A program made the translations under genes and the position numbers. Shown here piece by piece: positions 1 through 7,043 of a DNA stretch of 11,100 bases (position 1 is its first letter; each line of letters begins with the position of its first letter). Source of the stretch: an uncultured Methanosarcinaceae archaeon (lineage in GTDB: Archaea; Halobacteriota; Methanosarcinia; Methanosarcinales; Methanosarcinaceae); contig CAVRJG010000001.1 of NCBI GenBank assembly GCA_963721455.1, positions 1 through 11,100 on the forward strand, read 5' to 3'. The notes beneath the pieces were generated by a model. It was not told the origin of the DNA, did not search any database, and saw nothing but the letters and a program-made list of their open reading frames with translations.

Positions 1-94
1 GTTTAGGAATAACAAATATATAATTTAAAGTATTTTTATTGTCATATAATATTGTTGATTAAAATCTGTTAGAAATGACAAGGAATTTACTTTA

Positions 95-1308
95 ATGCTG
101 CGCACAAAATATTCTGAGGAAATTGAAAAACAAATGAAAGTGTTTTATAACACTTTAAATGAGAAAGATCGAAGAAGATATGCAGCCATAGAAGCAATGA
201 AATTAGGTCATGGGGGACAAAACTACATAAGTAGTGTTCTAGGCTGTCATTTTCAAACTGTTATGGCTGGAATTAGTGAAATCACTAATGGTATAGAAAA
301 ACCAGATAACAGGATTCGAAAGCCTGGTGGAGGTAAAAAGAAAATCATCGATACAGTCGAGAATATTGATGAAGTTTTCTTTGAGATTTTAAAAGATCAT
401 ACGGCTGGAAGCCCTATGGATAACGAAATAAAATGGACAAATCTGAGTCTTAAGGAGATTTCAAAGGCTTTTGAAGCAAAAGGCATGAACATAAGTCCCC
501 ATGTAGTAAAGCAGCTCTTAAAGAAACATGGTTTTGCAAAGAGAAAGATGCAAAAAACCGTCACAATGAAAGATTGTAAAGATAGGAATGAGCAATTTGA
601 GAGGATTCGTGAGTTAAAAGAAGAGTACTCAAAAAGCAAGAATCCGATTATCAGTATAGATGTCAAAAAAAAGAATTCATAGGCAACTTCTACCGTGACG
701 GAAAAGTTTATTGTACTCAGCCAGTTAAGGTTTATGACCACGATTTCAATACATTTTCAGATGGCATTGTAATTCCACATGGCATTTACGACTTAAAACG
801 TAACGAAGGATACATCACTTTAGGAACCAGTAAGGATACAAGCGAGTTTTGTTGTGATGGCATTAAAGACTGGTGGAAAAACTACGGTAAGCAAAATTAT
901 CCAGAAGCAAATAGCGTTTTAACCTTAGCCGATAGCGGTGGAAGCAACTCAAGTAGACATTTTATATTTAAAGAAGACTTACAAAAACTAGTAGACGAAA
1001 TTGGGATTGAAATCAGAATGGCTCATTATCCATCATATACTTCGAAATACAATCCAATAGAACACAGGTTATTCTGTCATGTTACAAGTGCCTGCAAAGG
1101 TGTTGTCTTTAGCAGTATTGATGTGGTCAAAAGCCTTATTGATAAGACTTCTACATCAACAGGATTAAAAGTGTTTTCGACTATCAAAAATAAAGTTTAT
1201 GCAAAGGCAAGAAAAGTAAGTGAAAACTTCAAGGAAAACATGAAAATTGTATTTGACGATTATTTGGGGAAATGGAATTATAAAGTAATTCCCGAAGTAG
1301 AAATGTGA
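95..1308 (+). CDS. ISAzo13-family DDE transposase (~404 aa), requires -1 frameshift at 665-673
   Basis: ORF 95-682 ends ...SIDVKKK. The -1 frame continues EFIGNFYRDG...YDHDF...PHGIYD...LADSGGSNSSR...HYPSYTSKYNPIEHRLF...GKWNY to TGA 1306-1308 with no stops; these are ISAzo13 (DDE_Tnp_ISAZ013) motifs. The called ORF 1018-1308 is only the tail of this frame. Confidence 0.9.
665..673 (+). other. Candidate programmed -1 frameshift / slippage site A_AAA_AAG (A8G)
   Basis: GTC AAA AAA AAG: heptamer at 667-673 in phase with the upstream ORF, 6 nt before the stop TAG at 680-682. Weak downstream hairpin AACTT..CCG-TGA-CGG..AAGTT (685-708). Confidence 0.75.
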
Positions 1309-1867
1309 AGTTATTTTTTAGCTATTCCTTAATCAATATTTTACCTGATTAATTTTCGTAGGGGCCACTTTTCTTGCAGGCATCAGCCCATCAAAAAACA
1401 GCCGCAGGCATGTGCTGCCTGTCCCAGCGGTTCAAAGAATAATGACTCCAGATGTATACTGTTAATTTAGCTAAGTTATTCTTAATTTGATAAAAAATCA
1501 TAATAACTCATACTATTTCCAGAAAACTATTGAGATTCGAATAATAAATAGGAAATTTAGTTAAGTTTATGTAATACTTTTGCTCTATCAAATCAGAAGA
1601 AAGTAACATGAAAATATATAATAGTAATAAATTAAAATTCCCTAATAATTATCTTATAAGTTTTTACCCAGAGCCTTCTTTAGTGATTCAAGGTTAAATT
1701 GTAAGCGTCGCACAATGGGGACGGTGCTAAGCGCTGATACAGTAACCAGTTTATTGATTGCGGGAGCATTGAAGAGATCAATGGCATTCTAAGAATTCAA
1801 CTAAAAAGTTAGCTGATTTTGCAGGCTTAGCAGATGGCAAAGATAATTCTTAGGATAGTGGGACTAT

Positions 1868-2446
1868 ATGGAAAAAGCTCCGATTACGCCAATGACGATG
1901 GAAAGTATACACTTCTATATGCGTGACCAGTCTGAGCATGCAGTTGTCCCAAAAAGCGCGTTCTTTGCGAGCTACTACGGCGATGACTTGGTCACTGTCG
2001 CCAATACTCCAGAAGTAATGAAAGCGATCGTCGCCAACTTCAAGGCCGGTGCCCGGAAGGCTGGAAAGGACCCTGAGAAGATGTCAAAGCAGGTCGAGAT
2101 AAAGGTGGCTTACACCGACAACGTGGATGCTGCCGTAAAGATATTTAGACATTACTGGGCCGGCACGATGATCTTTGCGACGCATCTCCAGCACATATAT
2201 ACGCCGGAAATGATGGCCGCGAACGGAGCGATCGCAGGAGACGATGTGATCAAGAACCGGCAATGCATCTCCAGTGACCCCGAAGTACACGCGAAATTCG
2301 CACAACGGATCATCGATGCGGGCTTTAACCGGCTTTACTTTCATTCCGCGGGCCCGGATCAGTACGAGTTCATTGAGGACTACGGGCAGGATGTGCTTCC
2401 GAGCATTCGGGAAAGAAACAAGCCGAGGGTTGCAGCCAATGCATAA
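1868..2446 (+). pseudogene. 5'-truncated F420-dependent LLM-class oxidoreductase (TIGR03557/G6PDH-like), C-terminal half only
   Basis: From ~1940 reads PKSAFFASYYGDDLVTV...FKAGARKAGKDP...CISSDPEVH...IDAGFNRLYFHSAGPDQYEFIEDYGQDVLP, typical of the C-terminal half of this family. The N-terminal half is missing. Sequence becomes visibly more GC-rich at ~1940, so the first ~24 codons are probably fortuitous. Confidence 0.75.
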
Positions 2447-2473
2447 AATTGATACCGGGTTGTGAGGAATTGC

Positions 2474-2984
2474 ATGCTAGAGCCTTCTGAACGAGAGGAA
2501 ATCCGCGAAGCGTGGGACATACACAAGACGCATACCCTGTCTGACAGCATTATCAACAAAATGGTCATACGGGACGGCGAGCTGACGCTCGTAATGCAAG
2601 AGGATGGCGAGATACCCATTAGAGAAAATTACGGGTATGGCCTCTATTACCATGATTGCAGGTACCTAAGTGGTTTTCTCATACGACTCATGGACACACC
2701 TCCTACGCGGGTTCTGTCCAGCGACGAGAGAGGTTTCAGATCAACGCTTATAGTCACCAACCCGGAAATAAAGGATTGTACGGGCACCACTGTCTCCAAA
2801 GAAACACTCCTCGGCACCCTGGCCACGATCGTACCGGGCTGCATCCGGCACAGCCATACCATTCAGAACTTCAACACGTTCCCCGTGACCTTGAACCTGA
2901 CTTATGAGTTCGACGCAGATTTCGAGGATATGTTCACCATCAGGGGCATCGCCCCTCCGACCTCTGGGAAAGTGTTGCCAACTA
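2474..2984 (+). pseudogene. 3'-truncated amylo-alpha-1,6-glucosidase / glycogen debranching enzyme (N-terminal GDE_N_bis-like domain, 170 codons)
   Basis: ATG 2474 with GTGAGGA RBS at 2462-2468, 27 bp after the LLM stop. Motifs GLYYHDCRYLSG, TNP, QNFN..PV.L.L.YEFDADFEDMF.IRG. Interrupted at CTAG 2982-2985 by IS630 element A; catalytic domain absent; the SASIPYFLNKN tail is IS read-through. Confidence 0.8.
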
Positions 2985-3037
2985 GTGCATCGATTCCATA
3001 CTTCTTGAATAAAAATTAATATAATACTTTAATTATA

Positions 3038-3233
3038 GTAACTATTCAGCCTACAAAAATCAGTTGGTTGATATCGATTTTGACGTAATAGCTACGTCTG
3101 ATTACTAACTGATGAAAAATGGAAAAACACGATTAATAGCCAACAATTAAATAAAATCAGTTCCCTGAAATTTGCCCATTGAATCTTAATAATGAAGGCT
3201 ATTGATGTTGTTTTGCCCAGACTGAGTAGTTAC
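3038..3233. mobile_element. 196-bp non-autonomous MITE with IS66-family (ISBst12-like) ends
   Basis: IRs GTAACTATTCAGCCT (3038-3052) and revcomp of 3219-3233 GTAACTACTCAGTCT (13/15). Perfect 8-bp duplication TAATTATA at 3030-3037 and 3234-3241. Removal shrinks the leader of A from 266 to 62 bp, matching the 61-bp leader of B. Confidence 0.88.
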
Positions 3234-3317
3234 TAATTATAATAATATTTATGGGTCGTATAAGCCGCCGTTCCAAGTTATCACTTACTAGTGCATCGAT
3301 TCCTAATTAACTCCATT

Positions 3318-4597
3318 TTAGATTGTGATTCCACCAGGCATTTCATCCCTTTCTTCCATTTTATATCTCCACGTAAATAGAACTGCTTTTTCGTTAACCT
3401 GGTTTATATATTGACTAATTCTTTCTTTTAATTCATTTATTGAGTCCACTCTTATTCCTCTCAACACGCTCCTCCCCATTTTACTGAAAAAACTTTCGAT
3501 GATATTCAGCCACGAAGCATGTTTGGGTGTGAAAACAAATTCAAATTTATCAGGAATTGTCGCCAAGTATTTCCGAGTTTCTTCTGATGTATGCATTTTA
3601 AGATTATCCAGTATAATTATGATTTTTTCTTCTGGATATATTGACTCAAGTCCTTTGAGATATTCAATGAATTCGCAGCTTCTATGCTGCTCAAATATTT
3701 TATAATAAATTCTCCCAAATATCAAGTCAATTCCAGCTAATAGTGAAAGAGTCCCATGTCTTTTATACTCATAATCTCTTGCTATTGTAGAATAATACCC
3801 TTCTACTGGCATAAGATCTGGATAAACATTTCCAATTACCTGAATACCTGGTTTTTCATCGTAGGAAATAATCACTGTCTTAATTTGTTCATTTTTCCTT
3901 TTTTTTCATTTAGTCTTTTAGGAATGGTTGAAGTATAACTTCAAGTTTTCACTTTGGTAATGGCTCTATAATTGCACTTCCCAAATATCATTAATGATAA
4001 TATGGGGCATAAATACTTGAAATTAAATTTCCATCATTCCTTAGCTTCTCTATATGTCTCCAGAACATTGGCTGCTTTTTGATCAAAATCGGGATCAACT
4101 TTAGCAATGTAACAGCTAATTTTATGTGGTTTTATCTTGCTTGCATTAAGAATCTTTGAAATTGTCCCCTGATTTATCTTCGATAAATCAGGATGTTCCT
4201 CTTTGATACAATTCTCCCTGATATGTTCAGCAAGGAGTCTCTGAGTCCATATTTCATGAGGATAACCAAGATCTTTTGGTTTCATACATGCAAGTGAGAC
4301 TACGCGAGCTCGTGATTCAGCACTAATATCTCGAGGTTTCCCACTTCTTGATTTATCTACCAAGCCTTCTTTGACCCCAAAATCTAAAACTCTTTGTATC
4401 CAGAGTCTTACAGTTTTGTAATCCACTTTTAACTCTCTGGAGATCTCGGTATCGTTTTTTCCCTGATAGCTCAAAAGAACTATCGTGGATCTTTTAACAA
4501 TGCTTGCAGCTTGATTTCTAGAGCGACTTAACTTGGTCAAATAATCTAACTCTTTTTGAGTAAATGATAATTTAGGGCGACGGCTTATACGAGGCAT
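3318..4597 (-). pseudogene. IS630 transposase of element B (orfA 4597-4041, orfB to 3318), interrupted by a MITE and needing a -1 shift
   Basis: The N-terminal HTH part MPRISRRPKL...YREAK stops inside the MITE. The DDE part reads SYDEKPG...ILDNL...HASWLNIIESFF...PGGITI. With the MITE removed, the halves join by a -1 shift at an A8 run (T8 at 3899-3906 on +) to give 385 aa. Confidence 0.9.
3921..4040 (-). mobile_element. 120-bp ISAzo13-derived MITE
   Basis: 26-bp IRs GGAATGGTTGAAGTATAACTTCAAGT vs GGAATGATGGAAATTTAATTTCAAGT (21/26). TTA duplication at 3918-3920 and 4041-4043. Both ends align with the ends of the ISAzo13 element at 6-1328. Confidence 0.9.
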
Positions 4598-5644
4598 AAG
4601 TACATTTATAGAACAATTAATATAATTATTTTATGGATTTATATCAGAATCGATGCACTAGAGAAGAAGAAGATTACTTGATTAAGTTAAGTAATTCCAG
4701 AAGTCAATCAGCAAGCCTTGTTGAACGAGCTAAAATTGTGCTTTTAAGTGTTCAGGGAATAAACGATACTGAAATCTCTCTGGAATTAAACGTTGCTTAC
4801 AATACCGTAAGAACTCGAATACAAAGAGTTTTGGATTTTGGAGTTAGAGAAAGCCTGAAGGACAAAAAAGGAGGTGGAAGACCAAGAACTATTACAGACG
4901 AATCTCGTGCATGGATGATCAAGATTGCATGTATGAAACCAAAAGATTTTGGGTATCCACATGAAATATGGACACAGAGACTCTTAACTAAATATGTGCA
5001 GAAAAACTGTGTCAAGGAAGGACATCCTGAATTATCAAAGATAAGTCAGGGAACGATTTCAAAAATCTTGAATGCAAGTAGCATAAAACCACATAAAATC
5101 AAGTATTACACCGCCAAAGTGGACCCAGATTTTGATGAAAAGGCAACGAAAGTTTTGGGCACATATAAAGAAGTTAAAAAACTAAAAAAAATTAAAAAAA
5201 AGAAAACGTTAGATAGAGCAATATTTTCGTGTGATGAAAAAACAGGTATTCAAGCTATTGGAAATAAGTATCCAGATCTGATGCCAGTAGAAGGAAAATA
5301 TCCTAAGATGGCAAGGGATCATGAGTATATTAGACATGGTACTCTTTCATTATTTGCTTGTACTGATCTGATTACTGGGAAAGTTCATCACAAAGTTTTT
5401 GAAAAAAATAGAAGTCGTGAGTTTATTGAGATTTTGAAAGAAATAATTTCAGATTACCAGGATACAAAAATAGTCGTGATTCTTGATAACTACATAATAC
5501 ACATATCAGAAGAAACTAAAAAATATCTAAGTACCTTGAAAAAGGGAAAGTTAAAGTTCGTATTCACACCAATACATGGAAGCTGGTTGAATATTATTGA
5601 AAGTTTCTTCAGCAAAATGATTAGAAGCTTTTTAAGGGCAATAA

Positions 5645-6516
5645 GAGTCTATCCGAAAAGTATTTGTCTTCCGATGAATGGTAATTTGTGGTAGTGACAA
5701 AACGAAAAACGGTACAGGACTACAAGATACCTTTTGAACTCTGGAATAAAATAAAACCATTATTACCACTGCCCAAATCTAAAAAGAAGCCTGGAAGACC
5801 TCGCGAAGATGATTGGAAAATCTTTAGCGGTATTTTTTATGTCCTTCGTACTGGCTGCCAATGGAAAGCACTGCCAAGAAGTTATGGAGCACCAAGTACC
5901 GTCCATGATCGATTCCAAGAGTGGCAGAAAGATGGATTATTTGAAAGAATGTGGCAAGCTGGTCTGCTGGACTATGATAATGAAAAAGGGATAGATTGGG
6001 AGTGGCAAGCAATTGATGGAGCTATGACAAAAGCACCATTAGGTGGGGCTGGAACAGGGGCTAATCCTACTGATCGAGGCAAAAAAGGCACAAAAAGAAG
6101 TTTATTAACTGATGCAAAAGGCATACCTCTTTCTATTGTAGCGGATGGAGCTAATCGTCACGATAAAATGCTCGTAAAAAAGACATTAGATGCCATAATT
6201 TTAGAAAGACCTTTTCTAGACGAGGGAATTCAAAATATATGTATGGATAAGGGATATGATTATCCTGATATCAGAGAGTTGGTTAAAGATTATGGTTATA
6301 CTGCCCATATAAAGAGCCGGGGAGAAGAAAACATAAGAATAGAGATTCCGGGGTTTAGAGCAAGAAGATGGGTTGTAGAAAGGACACATTCTTGGATAAA
6401 CAGATTCAGAAGACTCCTTATCAGATGGGAAAAGAAAATTGAGAATTACCTTGCTATGCTACATTTAGCATGCACATGGATAACTTTCAGAGCAGCAGGA
6501 CTTTTCGGATAGGCTC
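5645..6516 (+). mobile_element. Complete IS5-family (IS1031-type) insertion sequence, 872 bp
   Basis: IRs GAGTCTATCCGAAAAGT (5645-5661) vs revcomp of 6500-6516 GAGCCTATCCGAAAAGT (16/17). TAA duplication at 5642-5644 and 6517-6519. A TWA target, GAG ends and a single ORF fit the IS1031 subgroup. Confidence 0.93.
5688..6512 (+). CDS. IS5-family transposase (274 aa, intact; GTG start at 5688 or 5694)
   Basis: GRPR..D, IFYVLRTGCQW.ALP, STVHDRFQEW; catalytic motifs AIDG, MDKGYD, RWVVERTHSW..RFRRL; stop lies inside the right IR. Confidence 0.95.
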   Translation: MVVTKRKTVQDYKIPFELWNKIKPLLPLPKSKKKPGRPREDDWKIFSGIFYVLRTGCQWKALPRSYGAPSTVHDRFQEWQKDGLFERMWQAGLLDYDNEKGIDWEWQAIDGAMTKAPLGGAGTGANPTDRGKKGTKRSLLTDAKGIPLSIVADGANRHDKMLVKKTLDAIILERPFLDEGIQNICMDKGYDYPDIRELVKDYGYTAHIKSRGEENIRIEIPGFRARRWVVERTHSWINRFRRLLIRWEKKIENYLAMLHLACTWITFRAAGLFG

Positions 6517-6898
6517 TAAGAGTAGAATCTGCAGAGGAATTGAAGGATAGGATTGCTCAATACATAAATTTACTCAATGAGGAACCTGTGATATTTATGT
6601 GGAAATATAAAGTTGAAGAAAAAGATAAGATTCCCGGTGGAATTACGATATGAAAAAAATATGCAATTAATTTGGAATCGATGCACTAGTACCACAATCA
6701 AGAAAAAGACTTAAATACGGGAAAAGCAGCACCCGAGTTTCCTTTGTACCATTACTTATGAAAAGCGCCGGCTCTGGTTTTAGCCCACCGCAACTTCTGT
6801 AGTGACGAGAAACACCGAAGACAAGGAAAGATTTAACCCTGTAAATCAATCCGCTTTGCCGGGTGAAAAGCAGTTTCACTTACCTATAAATTACCCCT

Positions 6899-7040
6899 CT
6901 TGAGCGAATAAAAAAGATATCTTGCCCGTAAATTCAGCCCTTTTGAGCTCAAGTGGCGCAACGCTTGACCAAAACCATTGCGCCGTTTTATCACGCCATA
7001 ATACATCGTTTTCGCTCAAGCCTTTTTTGAAAAGGCTTGC
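6899..7040 (-). repeat. Palindrome-rich intergenic element / possible terminator immediately 3' of ala
   Basis: 10-bp stem CAAGCCTTTT-ttg-AAAAGGCTTG (7017-7039); 7-bp stem GGCGCAA/TTGCGCC (6955-6984); palindrome TTGAGCTCAA (6943-6952); 10-bp IR CTTGAGCGAA/TTCGCTCAAG (6899-6908 / 7011-7020). Resembles, from recall only, a dispersed Methanosarcina intergenic repeat. Confidence 0.6.
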
Positions 7041-7043
7041 GTT

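Larger units (their letters stand above)
6..1328 (+). mobile_element. Complete ISAzo13-family insertion sequence (1323 bp)
   Basis: Imperfect terminal IRs GGAATAACAAATATATAATTT (6-26) vs revcomp of 1308-1328 GGAATAGCTAAAAAATAACTT (16/21). TTA direct repeat at 3-5 and 1329-1331. Encloses an ISAzo13-type transposase. Confidence 0.92.
3291..4658 (-). mobile_element. IS630-family element B (1245 bp without its MITE), inserted inverted into codons 13-14 of the A transposase
   Basis: Perfect 12-bp IRs GTGCATCGATTC (3291-3302 / 4647-4658). TA duplicated at 3289-3290 and 4659-4660. Empty site CTTAC-TA-GAGAA restores the A reading frame. Confidence 0.93.
3251..6653 (+). pseudogene. IS630 transposase of element A, split in three (3251-3290 + 4661-5644 + 6520-6653 = 385 aa)
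   Basis: Joined pieces read in one frame: MGRISRRSKLSLT|REEEDYL...SCDEK...ILDNY...SWLNIIESFF...RAI|RVESAEELKDRIAQY...PGGITI*. Colinear with the element B protein. Confidence 0.92.
2985..6686 (+). mobile_element. IS630-family element A (1253 bp after removing three direct guests)
   Basis: Perfect 14-bp IRs GTGCATCGATTCCA (2985-2998 / 6673-6686), flanked by TA at 2983-2984 and 6687-6688 in a CTAG context, the canonical IS630 target. Confidence 0.92.

Noticed and set aside
397-741. 114-aa hydrophobic ORF on the - strand
   Set aside because: Antisense shadow of the Lys-rich ISAzo13 transposase; the F/L/I/S bias comes from complementing A-rich codons.
1018-1308. Stand-alone 96-aa gene
   Set aside because: The frame is open back to ~670; it is the C-terminal part of the frameshifted transposase.
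1701-1720. GTAAGCGTC as the end of a bounded IS66 element
   Set aside because: No partner IR or 8-bp duplication found; kept only as a weak hint.
2084-2907. Short ORFs 2084-2344, 2274-2465, 2380-2619, 2647-2862, 2656-2907
   Set aside because: Alternative-frame or antisense overlaps of the two recognisable enzyme fragments; no motifs.
3499-3938. ORFs 3499-3705 and 3756-3938 on the + strand
   Set aside because: Antisense to the B transposase.
3921-4040. Intron or self-splicing insert in the B transposase
   Set aside because: Terminal IRs, a 3-bp duplication and homology to ISAzo13 ends identify a DNA MITE; no intron structure seen.
4797-6012. ORFs 4797-5015, 5809-5994, 5824-6012
   Set aside because: Shadow ORFs inside transposase genes.
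2982-6689. Four copies of CTAGTGCATCGATTC as a CRISPR-like array or invertase sites
   Set aside because: Irregular spacing, opposed orientations and TA flanks are fully explained as IS630 terminal IRs; no cas or recombinase gene.
6667-6879. 70-aa ORF on the - strand running into the right IR of A
   Set aside because: GTG start, no recognisable motif, stop supplied by IS sequence; probably non-coding, though a truncated small gene cannot be excluded.
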